A DNA stretch of 64,000 bases from Octopus vulgaris (lineage: Eukaryota): assembly GCA_951406725.2 (NCBI GenBank), contig OX597826.1:81902001-81966000 (forward strand), read 5' to 3'. The position numbers and the translations under genes were made by a program. Under the pieces are notes generated by a model. The model was given only the letters and a program-made list of their open reading frames with translations. It ran no database searches and was not told the origin of the DNA. Shown here one piece after another: positions 39,560 to 53,200 of this stretch (position 1 is the stretch's first letter; each line of letters begins with the position of its first letter).

Positions 39560-40265
39560 TTCACATGAGCCTCTTTAAATTGCTTCCGGTGTATTCGAAT
39601 GTGTTCTGTTAACGGATTCCAAATTCTGTCAAATCCGAGCATTTGACATTTGAATCCTCGCTACTACGAAATGAAAGATCTCTGCGATTAAACTTGGCAG
39701 CTGCGCGTGTCAACCTATTGTCCGTAAATTTCTGCGGCATATCCGGACAAGTGGAACTTGAGCTTTGGGGATTTTGCGATCGCGTCGTTCACGCCGCTTC
39801 GATCTCGAATTATCTTACTTCACACAGGCTCTGACATTGATATTTCTAGCAAGGATCTTTCCATAGCCCTTTGCGTCACATTCAATCGAGAATCTTCCTT
39901 CTTCCACGTCTCACTTGCATATAAGACCGGATTTAAGACAGTGCTACTCAAGAGACTGGCACGTACTCTGGTGTCCAACTTTACTTTGAGCTCATCTTTT
40001 ACCGAAGTAAATATTTTCTATCCAACCCTATTCTCCTCCAGATTTCAGCGTAAATATCTCGGTACATAGTACGCCTCCCAAATAGACATATTCCGTTACC
40101 TCCTCAGCTTCATCGCTCCTCACCTCAATTCGACATTGTGATAGATTCGAAACCGCATGAATTTTGTTTTGCTGACAGCTGAGTTTTGAGTGTGCGTCTC
40201 GCCAGCGGTGTGCAGCTGATGTATAGTTCCAGCGATGTGTACGACATCATCTGCAAATCGGAGAT
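39560..40265 (-). mobile_element. RTE-clade LINE reverse transcriptase fragment, decayed
   Basis: HLRFADDVV (catalytic FADD), SKTKFM and VLYASETW motifs in order. Confidence 0.85.
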
Positions 40266-40740
40266 GTGTGTGTTTGTGTGTAAACATATAGAACATTTTA
40301 ATCGGAATACATAGATAAATTTCTACTATAGGCGAAGGTGTATATATGAAGTGCGACGAATGGATGCTGGATTTGGTCGAAAACCATGTGCTGAATGTTA
40401 AACAATGAAGCATGGAATATTCAGCGATGCGAATGTGATGCTCTGCTAAATACACAGCCGCATGAAACTAGTACACGGAACCAAATTCCCTGGCCTGATA
40501 TTGTGAGTATTCCCATCAGAAAGACAGGTTGGCTTTGAAATACTTCAAAGGGAGAGAAGAATAAAGGAGGAGGCGCTAACCAGAAAGTAGGAGAAACACA
40601 TCCCAGTCTTGTGAATTATCTACTCCTGAATGTGAGCCAATCACAGACAAGTGTATCATTAGTGTAATCCTGTAACGCTTCATCAGAGTGGGATAGTGAG
40701 TGACAAATCCGTACCCTTGGAATTAATTACACGCGAAACA

Positions 40741-40797
<57 letters not shown>

Positions 40798-40852
40798 TCC
40801 ACATGTAATTTAAATACACATACATATATGTACCTATGTGTATCTATCTATT

Positions 40853-40898
<46 letters not shown>

Positions 40899-41037
40899 TA
40901 TATATATACATACATGTACATATAAATATAGCTATATTTGTAAATACATAATACGTATGTGTATATGTGCAAACTTACTTTTGAGCGACTTTATGTGTCT
41001 GTCTGCGTACGTTGTATGTATTTCTATATCTGTGCGC

Positions 41038-41091
<54 letters not shown>

Positions 41092-41591
41092 ATTTAATAA
41101 CCTTACCAACAAAAGAAGTCATTACATTTTAAGTATGAATTTAGATAAACTGCTTTATCAGATAATCTGCTACCATTTTTTAACTGACAGATTATACTAC
41201 TACCACTACTACTAATATAGATGTTAGGGAAGATCAAATAACTTGGGTAGCATCATTGCTACTGCCACACACACCACCACCACCACCACTACCGCCGCCG
41301 CCGCCACCAACCCAGCGTAAGCGCAATAAAAGCAACGACTATACAATCATCACCAACGCTTTCTAGTAATCAGGATAACAAACTATTTCTAAAATGATAG
41401 AGAACAGGTGGGGTGGGGGTCGGATGGGGGTTGGATGAGAGCGTTTCTTTTACAGCATCAAGAACGATCGAAATATTATCAATGACAACAAAAACTACAG
41501 CAGGAAATAAATGGAAATAATGGAAAATATACATACATTTAAACATACATTTATTTCTCCCCCCACCACCACCTCTCTCTCTCTCTCTCTT

Positions 41592-41625
<34 letters not shown>

Positions 41626-41629
41626 CGTA

Positions 41630-41772
41630 CATACACACACACACATATGTATACACACAAACACACACACACACATATGTATACACACAAACACACACAC
41701 ACACATATATATACACACAAACACACACACACACATATATATACACACAAACACACATATATATACACACAA

Positions 41773-41780
<8 letters not shown>
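41630..41780. repeat. Minisatellite of about 30-bp units built from CA/TA repeats
   Basis: Unit acacacacacacacatatRtatacacacaa repeated about four times. Confidence 0.8.
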
Positions 41781-41826
<46 letters not shown>

Positions 41827-41873
41827 AAGGCAAGGCATGAATGTTGGGCATTACATACTTTTCTTTATTGCAG

Positions 41874-42076
41874 AAATTGACTTACAACTGTTTCCAGTAA
41901 TCATTACAGGTTCATTATTGATACGTTTACTCATTCGGCCCATTGATCGGTTGAGAAAAATTGAATGACCCAGAAAATGAATGCTATTTTCTCGTCAGAG
42001 TCAGTTCTGGTTATTTGAGTAAACCTGTCAATAACGAACCTAAAGTCACTACTGGAAACATCTCTAAGTCAAATTT
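41874..42076 (-). mobile_element. PLE terminus with a hammerhead motif (long stem II insert) and foldback arms
   Basis: Minus strand UGACU-CUGACGA-(about 100 nt)-GAAA-CAGUUG-UA|AGUCA; arms 41874-41933 and 42016-42076 are imperfect inverted repeats. Confidence 0.6.
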
Positions 42077-42631
42077 ACTACAATAAAGGAAAATATAAAA
42101 TGACCCGTGTTTATGTGTTCCTTCTCTTGTATATCACAGTGTATAAGCCAATATACCTGGAACACAAGCATGGGTTTACAATATAGAATGCGGATAACCT
42201 CGGACCTTACCACAAAAATACGCGGTGTGCTTTGCGAATCTAAACAATATTCTTAGCCTGGTGTACGAACAGAGAACCTTCGAAACGGGGAGCAGATGAA
42301 ACAGGGACAACTGATGAAGGGGAATGTTCTTTATGTTGATTGTCTCGTTTCTCTGTTTTTTTCCCCTTGTTCGATAAAAAATTCGGTTTCTATGTTTTTG
42401 TTTTTATGTTTTCGTTTCTCATTGTGTTCACCGCTTTTTTGATGTCCTGTACCCATACATGCATGTATATATACAGATATATGTAGGTATGTACATATAT
42501 GTATGTATATATGCATATATTTATATATTATTTATATTATATACTATTTTGCCCGGATTGATAATCTGTCACGAAAACCAGTTGTGTGAGGTGTGTGTGT
42601 GTGTGTGTGTATGTGTGTGTGTAAAACAGCA

Positions 42632-43683
42632 ATGGCTGGAACAAAAGAACAGCGTGCTTCCGTGAAATTCTGTTTTCTGCCGATCCAGAACGGCAGCCAA
42701 AACAGTTGCCATGCTTCAAACAGCTTACAAGGACGCTGCTATGAACAAAACAAGTTTATGCATGGTTTTCACGCTTTCGGAATGGACACGTGTTGCTTGA
42801 AGACAAACCGCGTTGAGGGCGACCGTTGACCTCCCGAACGAATGAAAATATCACGAAGATTCAAGAACTGGTCTTGAAGAGCTGTCGTCGAACTACTGAT
42901 GAACTTGTTGGTATGGCTGCTGTGTCCTGGAGCTCCTACCAAGGAATTCTGAGCGAGGAATTACGAATGAAAAAAGTTGCAGCAAAATTTGTGCCTCGCT
43001 TCCTCACGGAACATCAAAAGTCATCAGGACTAAATCCGTGCCGTGAACTGAAAGAACAATTGGAAGTTGATCTGGACCTCTCTTCGAAGTCACCACTGAT
43101 GATGGAATCTGGTGCTACGGCTACGACTCGGAAACGAAGCAGCAATCAAATCAATGGAAACATTCAATGTCATCACACCCCAGAAGAGCGGGTCCAGGGA
43201 AGTTCAGTGTGAAGACGAGGCTGATTTTGTTTCATCGATGCGAAAGGAATTGTCCACACGGAATTTAGTCCTCCTGGTCAAACTGTTAACCAGACATTGT
43301 ACAAAGCAGTTCTCAAGTATTTGCGAGATGTGGTGAGACGAAAACGCCCCGACCTCTGCTGATTACATGACAGCAATGCGCCTGCGCCTATCACCTTCAG
43401 TATGAAACAGTTTTTAACCAAAAATGGCATGACTCCGCTTACCCACCCTCCCTATTCACCCGGCTTGCCCCCCCCCCCCCCATGCGACTTTTTTGGGACC
43501 CCCGAATGTAAAAAGTCCTTACAGGGAAACGTTTTGCTGATGGGGAAGAGGTGAAGAAAAAAAAAAACGATGGAGGTATTAAAAGGCATCGCTGAGCAAG
43601 AGTTCCAGGGCTGCTTCCAACAGTGGAAAATGCGTCTGGACCGATGCATTGCTTTAAATGGAGAATATTTTGAAAGGCGATAA
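42632..43683 (+). pseudogene. Mariner (Tc1/mariner) transposase pseudogene, near full length; element extends to about 43756
   Basis: EQRASVKFCF, KKVAAKFVPRFLT, WCYGYD.ETKQQS, GIVHTEF.PPGQTVN, LLHD.NAP, HPPYSP and RLDRCIALNGEYFE in order, with frameshifts and stops; decayed right TIR. Confidence 0.95.
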
Positions 43684-43755
43684 AAGTGTAAACCTGTAAA
43701 ACTAGGTAAATAAAATAATGATGCAAAATTATGGCTTCTTTTGAGCACTCCATGG

Positions 43756-43793
<38 letters not shown>

Positions 43794-43899
43794 GATTTAG
43801 GTATATCAAATACCGTGCAATATAAATTATCCCCCGCCTCTAGATTATATATCACAAGTGACAAATGCCAAACTCTTCCCGCTCCATATCAGAAGAGGA

Positions 43900-44215
43900 G
43901 GAGTTATTTATGACCTTCTAAGGGTCAGATGGGTTCTATTCTTTTTATATCTATCACCGTTCCTTAGGTATTGGAGATAAGGTGGAACAATAGCCAAGCT
44001 GATGACAGCAATCTAGCCAGGAACACGTGTGTACGACAGTCTTATCTCCAGATTATAAACCTGTTCTTTTCCTTAACGCCATATCAAGTTTTGGAAATTC
44101 TTGGTTCTTTGGATTATCCCCCCCTTCTCAGGTGGTTTTGGTCTTAATTCCAATATGGGAATAGTTGCATAACTTCTACAGGAGGACATGATTACAGTGC
44201 ACCAAGTATTTATGC
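43900..44215 (-). mobile_element. Decayed R4/Dong-like LINE fragment
   Basis: KYLVHCNHV...LC.Y...EKNRFIIW resembles the region between the zinc knuckle and the REL domain. Confidence 0.4.
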
Positions 44216-45937
44216 GGTTTTGTATTAGATTCACGTTTATTTTTCTTTGTTGTTCCTATACAAACTATTGACTGCCCAGAATTATTTCTCTTAGCTCAGA
44301 TCACTTCTCTCTCTTTTTTTGTTTCCCCCTTCTCTGTCTCTCTATGTATGAGCAATATGTACATATATTTGTGCATACATATGTATACATATGCACACAC
44401 GCAACTCACACACACATATATATATATATATACAAGGGCATATTTAAGTGCGTTTGTGGTTGAGTGTGTGGGTATTTATGCGCGTGCGGTCGTGTACAGC
44501 AACAAAATTACGAACAACGAATAATTTCTATAAACTGAGAGATTTTGAGAGAAATGCATAAAGAGAAACACAGAGAGGGAGAGAGGTATGGAGAGAGAGA
44601 GAGAGAGAAGGAGAGAAAGAGAGAGAGAGAGAGAGATACGAGAGCGAGGGAGAGTGAGAACTGGTTTCTTTTAATTTCATGCTTTGATGAGAAATCGTAA
44701 TACGAAGTCTTTAAGTAAAAAAAAAAAAATTTAAATATTGAAGTCTCAGAATCAGCCAAGAAATACAATGAAAATATTTTTAGAGGTTTCTATATTATTT
44801 TATATTTCCTTCAGATAACTTTTGTGAGTTCATGTGATGTTGATGATGATGATGATGATGATATTGTTATTCTTAGCTCTTTATTTTCTTTAACCTTGCT
44901 CAAGATCAATGTCAAAAAACGAAGACATTATAAGTGTGTGTGTGTGTATGTGTGTGTGCAGCTTTCCATATGTATAAATATATATATGCGCATACATATG
45001 CGTATGAATGTATATATATATGTATATATATGTATATAATGTACGTTTGTGGAAGAGTCGGTGACTGTATGCCTACACACACACACACACGCGTCTCTAT
45101 CGCTCTATTCATTATACCTATGTACATACATGCGTGTGTATATATATAAATATATATATATATATATAACTTACTTGGAAATATATATGCAGAAGAAATT
45201 AGACAAAAGAACCTGATGCGAACTGAAGTATAAACAAAAAAACAATAAAAGAAGCGTCCATTGTAAATTTTGAATTCTCTTCAGATGTTTAACTAATTTG
45301 ATGAATCTTTTGGTGAATTGTAGAAAATAAAGTTTAGAAAAATAAGACTCACAACAAAAAATTAAAGCTAAGCTTGGTTGCCGGATTAGTGAATAGATTA
45401 TATTAGCGTGGTGTGTGTGTCCATGTTTGTGTGATTGCGATGAGCTTGTGTGTGATGAGAAATGGCCACCAAGCCGAACATAAAACCGTCGTCAGACGTT
45501 TTAATTAGAACAATTAAATAGTTTCTTCCTCTAGTCTCAGGTGGAAGTCGTTGTTGTTGTTGTTGTTTAGTATGAAATGAGCACTGATTGAGCGAGCATT
45601 TGAACAAAGAGTATTCTGCACAGGAGTCACCTCCTCGTCTGCGATCCTAAATATATGTGAGAATATAGTAATTACACACACAGATACACGTACAAACATA
45701 CATCATACAAATATAAATGTGCGTGCGTTCATTATTTTTTTTATTCCCAGAAGTTACATAGTGATTCAAGAGTCGAGTGTTTCGTAATTGGCACTTACCA
45801 AAGTTTCCTAAACGCAATGCGCGGAACTCTCCCAGGGTAATCCCATAAACCAATCCTTCCCAGTGAAACACATATATATATATTTCGTTTTTAGATTTGG
45901 TTTGCAAGATTCTTTATATGAGTTCGTTTGTAGAAGC

Positions 45938-46217
45938 ATATTCTGTTGTGTCTGGGGAGAGTAATTCTCTTATAGTGCCTTATTTAACACACTCACCGGT
46001 AAAATTTCCACGTTTTTCTTATTTTTATTTTCCTAAAATTTTCGTTGCGTCTTGCAACCTTTTCAATAGTCTTCAATAGTCAAGACTATTGAAAAGGTTG
46101 CAAGACGCAACGAAAATTTTAGGAAAATAAAAATAAGAAAAACGTGGAAATTTTACCGGTGAGTGTGTTAAATAAGGCACTATAAGAGAATTACTCTCCC
46201 CAGACACAACAGAATAT
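45938..46217. repeat. Perfect inverted repeat with 136-bp arms and an 8-bp spacer; PLE terminus with a U3:A8 hammerhead-like motif in each arm
   Basis: 45938-46073 is the exact reverse complement of 46082-46217; the element is bounded by TA tracts. Confidence 0.95.
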
Positions 46218-47525
46218 ATATATATATATATACATATATATATGTGTGTGTGTGTGTGTGTCCATCTATATACATCATGAATATCAAATACCACCGCCAC
46301 TAAAACCACAACCTACAGCTTAATACGTATTTCATTTAAGCGTGGATGTTCTGTTAGAACGACCTTTGCTGCGGTAGAAACCATGAGAGAAACTCTCAGA
46401 TCAGCTTTTGATGCAGAACGTCAGATGCTGCCAAATTTATGACCTGCCTGGTTTCAACGTGGTTGTTTAAAATGCTAGAAATAACAGCTTAATAAATCCA
46501 TTCCACTCTCGCTCTAAGTACAGAAACAACCACTTTTGCCAATCATGTAGATGGTGAGGGCTGGGGTATCTTTGAACATAAATCTGCTCAATCAAACACA
46601 ACCTGAAACCCAACGACTACAACAACTACCAACCCCATAAAATCTACCCCACCTCCCTTCTTATATTAGCTTTGAGTGGAACTTGACGAGTTATCAGGTT
46701 TCCTTTAACCTTATTTTTCCACAAAATGACTTCTTGCACTTGATTAACTTGTCTTCGGTTTTCACTCTCCCATCAAGTCTTTCAGCAATCTCAAATTTCC
46801 TTTCCAGCGCGCAGGGAGTCCTCGTGACCATGGCAACACATCTGTTTCTTGCTAAAGTATTGTGCAGATGCTAGGCTTGAAAAAGAGTTGTCGTACATAG
46901 AGGGATGTGTGTGTGTGTGTGTGTGCGCGCGAGTTCCTTTGCTTTTAGGAGTCGATAAAGGCATCGCAAGCCCTGAGCGCAGTGGCTTGGCGGAACTGTA
47001 AGATGGCGTGGCAGGATGTCTTGTAGTGTTTATTCCAGCACTTCGCGTTGTGAGTTCAAAGTCTGTCAAAGAATTGATTATCCCCTGGTTTAACAACCCA
47101 ACCTAACACCTCACAGTCCGTTCCATTGTAAGCATTTGTACCAGATTTCCGGTCTAAGGACACCTTCTCATCTCCGAGCCACTCGTTTCGGGGCTTCTGT
47201 AAACGGGTCAAAGGTACTGCCTTACCACTTGGCTAAAATGTAAACAAAAACGCAGGTACGCGCGGGCAAACATACACATACGCACACATACACAAACGTA
47301 TTTCATTGCGGAGTGGAGGGGCCGTTGTGTGTGTGTGTGGGGGGGAGGGCAAATTACCAACTTTTAAGAAAACTTGGCAGCGTCCAGTTAGCGTTGATCA
47401 AGTAGACACACCATCCGTCTCAAACCCAACGCTTATTCAGAAAATGTATCTGGGATCACATTATGCAATGCATCGTTCCTAATGTGACAATTTCATGTAT
47501 TTCAAGAGGTAGTATTTTCCCCCCA

Positions 47526-47681
47526 CTTAAACGTGGTTGTTCTGTTAGAACAAGTTATACTGCGGTAGATCCCTCGAGAGACACCCTCACAAAATATTTT
47601 TGCACCAAAATCCAAAATGAGAGTTTCTCTCATGGTATCTACTGCAGTATAACTTGTTCTTACAGAACATCCACGTTCAAG
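47526..47681. mobile_element. MITE with TIRs of about 45 bp; half copy at 46336-46400
   Basis: cttaaacgtggttgttctgttagaacaagttatactgcggtagat and atctactgcagtataacttgttcttacagaacatccacgttcaag. Confidence 0.75.
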
Positions 47682-48217
47682 CAGGAATAAGTATTATCTC
47701 TCGGCATCAATACGGGCTTTGTCGCTAATACATATCTTGTATTTCAACAAACTTTTTTTTCAACTCTGAGGTTGCGATTCGCATTAGTGTCTAGCTTCAA
47801 TGTATTTAAAAAAAAATAATAAATTAGAACCGAAGGGGCTGCAATAGTGAGAAGAACGCATTGAATTGTATAACCTCAGCCATTTTTACAGAATAAGTGA
47901 CGTCTACACGACTGGAATGTCTGCCGTTTCTTGGTGGAGCTGGTGATAAACACCAGAAGTCTCATCGCTCATGGAGCGATGACAGACAATCTGAGCAATA
48001 ATTTCCAATGTTAAACTTAGAGATGCGGAACTCAACCACGAACAGAATGATTAAAGCGTTTTAAAACGTACTCATTAATTCGGGAACAAGATGGAGTTAA
48101 TGACACTTCAGTAAAAGACTGGTAAGTTTAGAATACCCGGATGGAGGCAAACCGGTAAAGTCCACCTTGGACTATCTTTTATCGTTGAACTTGTACTTGT
48201 TTCACTTGTATGTTTGT

Positions 48218-48660
48218 ATCATCATCCCCATCCTCATTTAACGTCCGTTTTACATGCGGGCATGGCTTGGACGGTTTGACAGGAGCTGACCATCTGAAGG
48301 GCTGTTCAGGCTCCAGCTGTCTGTTTTGGCAGGGTTTCATCGTCTGAATGTCCTTCCTAACGCCAACCACTTTACAAAGGGTACTGGGTTCTCTTACGCA
48401 GCCCCGGCCCTGGTGCTTTTTATGTGGCACCAGCACCTACGAGCCCCTAAGGTTAAGGATGCTCAGCTGGAAAGGGTTGTAAGGGATGGGCCTGTATGCA
48501 AGGGCAACCACGCTTTTACTTAGCTTGACATGTTTTTTCAAGCACAGCAAACCACCAGGGGTCTCGGTCCCCTGTCAGCCCATCTGTGAGTCCCAACATC
48601 TGTCGATGCATTCTCACCACTTCGGCCCACGTTTTCCTGGGTCTAACCTTTCCACATGTT

Positions 48661-48663
<3 letters not shown>
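48218..48663 (-). mobile_element. RTE LINE 3' end (ORF C-terminus, 3'UTR, GAT tail)
   Basis: GTCGKVRPRKTWAEVVR...DRDPWWFAV matches the GRPRKTW...DR..WR motif. Confidence 0.88.
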
Positions 48664-48753
<90 letters not shown>

Positions 48754-50069
48754 ATTAAAATGGTGGCAGTAAGAATTTTGGATAATTCTTTGTTGGTGCT
48801 TTCGTTTGACATGCTTTCAGCTTCCCTCAACTAATTCCACTCGGAATTTTTGGGTCAGCCTGAAATTACATTGAGACACTTGCTTAAAGTGCCCGGCAGG
48901 TGGGGATGAACCCGGGACCATGGCGTTGGGAAGATAACTTCTTACCATACAGCCATGCCAGCACCTATAAATTGTTATATTTAATCATGCAAGGAATTGT
49001 GGGTGCGTCAAGCAAAGTTTGGCGTTTCAATATAATCAATATTTTTCATCCTGAATTGAAGTCCTTTCATTATCGTGTGTACTCTTTCGGACTGACTCTT
49101 TCTTCGCCCCCAAAATTCATGGCCTTCTGTCTATGTAAGGAATTATTATTTTGTGGGCGTCGTAAACGAAGGCGAGTTCGACCCTCGAGAGATTTGAGAT
49201 CAGAACGTTAGGATAACGTCATTTGATGCCACCAAGTATTTCATGGGGTGCTTTAACGATTTTGGCACATACCTCTTCCTACTCCTCCCATTCATCCCTG
49301 ACTTTACCAACCATCTTATGATAATAAATCACCACCACCAACGCTGCCGCCGCTTGTCACCAGCACCCAGCATATTCAGGCATTCTACCACTGCATCTAC
49401 ATCTCAAGCCCCTACAGCTACTATGTCTAATTCAAAGACATTCCACCCATGACCAGCCTCATTATTTCCTAAGATCAGAGAAATTAAAACCACATCAGAC
49501 ACGTCTCCGTTCTATAAAGCAAGGCACTCTCGTTCTAGTACTGGCCTACTGAGACTACCACCCTGTCACACCTACTATTAGCAGCAGCAGCAGCAGCTCT
49601 ATTGGTAGCTGTGAGTAGTAAGCAGTGCATGGGGAGATATAAATGTACCAATTCGAGCAGTCAGTGGTGCTGAGAACGACGGTGGGTTAGGGTGTGGTGT
49701 TTAAATCTGTGGAAATTGACCTAAAAAAATCAAATGCCCAGCTGTTTCAATTCCCCGCGTTTATTTATATAAGGGGACACACCTGCACCCTACCCTATAT
49801 ATACATACATCTATATATATATACATAGACACATACACACACACACACACACATATTTATAGATGTGTGTATATCCATGTGTGTATATACATACATATAG
49901 CCAATTAGAAATCGGTTTGGTTTGTTCAGCTGAACTTAAAAATTCCTGACAGGAAGGAGATGGAGTGAGGCTGAGAGAGATCAATAAAGGCTGTGAAGAA
50001 GGGAGTGGAGTAGAAGTGGGAATGGGGGGGGGGGGAGTAGAAAATATCTTACTAAAGCTGATAAATTCA

Positions 50070-50263
50070 ATTCCTATTTCTTTATTACCCACAAGGGGCT
50101 AAACATAGAGGGGACAAACAAGGACAGACATAGGTATTAAGTCGATTTCATCGACCCCAGTGCGGAACTGGTACTTAATTTATCGACCCCGAAAGGATGA
50201 AAGGCAAAGTCAACCTCGACGGAATTTGAACTCACAACGTAACGACAGACGAAATACCGCTAA
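50070..50263 (-). mobile_element. SINE family A, tail type 2, 5'-truncated
   Basis: Closely matches 9358-9545. Confidence 0.9.
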
Positions 50264-53200
50264 ATCATGGTGGTAGTATTATTTGTTGTTGTTGTTCAGC
50301 CCTAGGTCAAACAAACCTACGATCAAAGCCATCCCAGTCGTGACCATTTCGGTTTTTACTGAAATACTATGAATCCATCACATTATATAATGCGTTCTTT
50401 TATCTTGGGGGAGATTTTCTTCTGCCTTCTTAAGTTATGATTTATAGCAGATCAAGCGATCATGTAGAGTCACGTGTTGGCTTCCAGAATCTAGTAAGTC
50501 TCTAACTAACCATGATGTCGATGTGGTGGTCGTAGTAGTGGTGGTGGTGGTAGCAGTTTGTCTTTATTTAGGCATTTAGAGTACAAAGATTATTTTTGTG
50601 ATTTTGTCCGTTTCTTGTTCTTTATAATTTAAATGTGTATCACTGTTTGCTCCCCCCCTCTCTCTCCCCCTCTCTCTCTCTATGTGTGTGTGTCGATGGG
50701 CAGATGTTTGTGTGCGTAAGTGTTCAATATTTAGATGTTGGTAAAAACAGATTGGAAAGTGAGAGCGCGGGAACGATATGAAATAGTTGTAGCGTAAAGT
50801 CTGGAAGTGAAGAAAAAGCAGCGAGTGGGGGGGGGGGGCGGGGGGGTGTCCATGGTCGGCAATTAATTCAAAGAATAGTTTGCAGAAAGAATATTGATTG
50901 GCATATAAAGTGGAAAGTTTAACGTTTCGGAATCTTGCTCTTCAAAGGAGGGGAGAGAAAGATGACGGCGGTGGTGGCGGTGGTGGAGAGGAGAGAAATA
51001 TGGTAGAGGTGTGGTGGTGGTGGAAGAGAAGATGATGATGTGGGTGGTGGGTAGAGTGCCAAGTGATATGAATGTGGTGCTGATGGAGAAGAGATGAAGA
51101 TATTTGTGTGATGACCAGAGGAAAACAAAGCAATACAGCTTTTTGATACCACCTGGCCTTTTCACTGCCTTTAACTGAGACCAAGTATTCATTGATTCGA
51201 TCCTCTGCCTAAAGATAACTTCCACACTTTCTTCCACCAATCTCTGAAGTCCTGAGGAAACTTGATGACATTCTGTGAACATCTTTTAAAAGAGTTTAAT
51301 CCCTCATCAGCTCTGCTCGCATGGAAGTTCTTAATGTAATCATAATTTGCGTAAGACCCATTCTAAAGATGCGAGATTTTACCAGACACTAATCTCGATT
51401 CTGGACCAAAATATTCTCATCCTGGTGGTACTAGTTCTTTATTCAGATTTTTCTTTTCTTAGCCAGTGTCACTGGAGACTTGTATTTCAGAACATGACCA
51501 ATTAAAAAAAAAAAGTAATGGAAATTAAGTAAGAATTAATTAAAGAGTATTAATTCTCTTAACGTATTTAATCCCGCAAATTTTGAGACTATTTTCATTC
51601 GTTGTTCTTTAGTGCTATTTTGGTCCGTGTCCAGCAGACCAATGATAACGAGACTCCATTTTCCACCGTTCTACCTGTCCCACTTGACTCTTCAGTTTTT
51701 GTCTAGACGTCAGAATATTAAGGCGTCAAACTGACAAAATTGCTAGAGCTTCGGATAGCAGGATTTGTTCCGACTCAACATATTGTGGACACATTCTGCT
51801 GATTTCTGAGGATTATTTTAATTTTCATTTTTTACGGGATTCATCAATAAATTACCAATCCCAGTGTGGAGTACACTTGTGGATTATCAGAGCATTGGAA
51901 CAGATACTGCGAGTTGCAGGTCTGTCCCAGTTCTCTGCATTCTGAGTTCCTGTCACCGAATCAAAAAGAACTAAAAAAAAAAAACACAAAAAAACAGTAA
52001 CAGTTTCCTTCGCTCGATCGGGACATCAACTGCAAATCGATGATGATTTGTAAGAGATTTGGCTGCTAATTCTAGCATGTTGGCTGAACACGTAAAAGCT
52101 CATTCTTTAGTTCTGTTCTTAGTTGAGTATAGCTCCTGAAGTCCCAATACAACGTAGGTTAGAAAGGCATCTATATCCATATATGCATTTCACTATGGAA
52201 ACGAGTCCCATGAGAGCATATTTTTTGCGACTTTGGATGAAGATTAAACCCAGAAATTTCATTGCAACAGGGTAACTCATCAAGGTAAGCTACTTATAGG
52301 CATTAAAGTGTCGATCATAGCGCGGAGTTGACTCTTCCCTAACCGTAGGAATTGAGCACTTGTTTGGCGATGACGGGGTATGGGGAGGGTTAGATTTGAT
52401 TAGATAAACTGAAGTATTTCTCGGCCCTTTTTTTTTTATCGATCTGAAAACAACAGAAAAGCCAATAGGTTCATGATGGGATTTGAATTCAGAATTGCAC
52501 AAGCTACTGTTTTCCAGTCATTCTATTCCTCCTCCACATGCTGTCTGTCGAGCTAATGATGCAGTAGAATCTACAGAGTCTTCTAATTTGACCGAAACAA
52601 GAACCAAATGTCCCTTGAGTCCCAGACTAACGTTTTTTCAATAAACACTCATGGCCCAGATATATTGTGCGTGAAAAAACAAACGACAGCATGATCACGG
52701 ACGGAATGCATTTGAAGAGTAGACGTATTTAGATAAGGAGAGGTCTCGGTTGGAAGTCTTTAATCAAAGGTTTTTCAATTAAGGCTGACATAAGACTAAA
52801 TAAAAAAACGAAATCAGCTCAAAAGAAAAGTGAGAAGTTCCTTTTTACTTGATCCTTGCATCTCCCTGCATTGATGGAATGAAAGGAGAGATTCTTATGG
52901 GGTGCATATGGCTATTTGACAGGTATGATAGCTATGATAATTATGGGGATTAAAGTTAATTCCTTGACATGTCTTTATCAATGGGATGTGTAGAGGTGTC
53001 ATTATCCCTTTCGGTTTCATAGTCGTGTGAGTGAGTGTAGAATGAGATCGTGTGAAACATGCGCCTTTACCATAAGAATCAAAGATTTAAACGTAAGGAA
53101 ATATGGTTGGAATGACAAACTGAAAGGAGAAGTGAGTCCGAAATTGATGCTTTACATTCCTGAAAATGGTATTTGCTGAGAGATAATGATAACGTTAGCA

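Noticed and set aside
49539-49560. TACTGGCCTACT resembling the 5' part of miR-193
   Set aside because: The 3' half diverges and no convincing precursor arm is nearby.
49654-49674. RE1/NRSE-like motif (TCAGCACCACTGACTGCTC, minus strand)
   Set aside because: Two core mismatches, and REST is not known to me from molluscs; probably chance.
51110-51400. Coding-like minus-strand stretch (FRDWWKKVWKL)
   Set aside because: Probably an old LINE scrap, but not assignable by eye.
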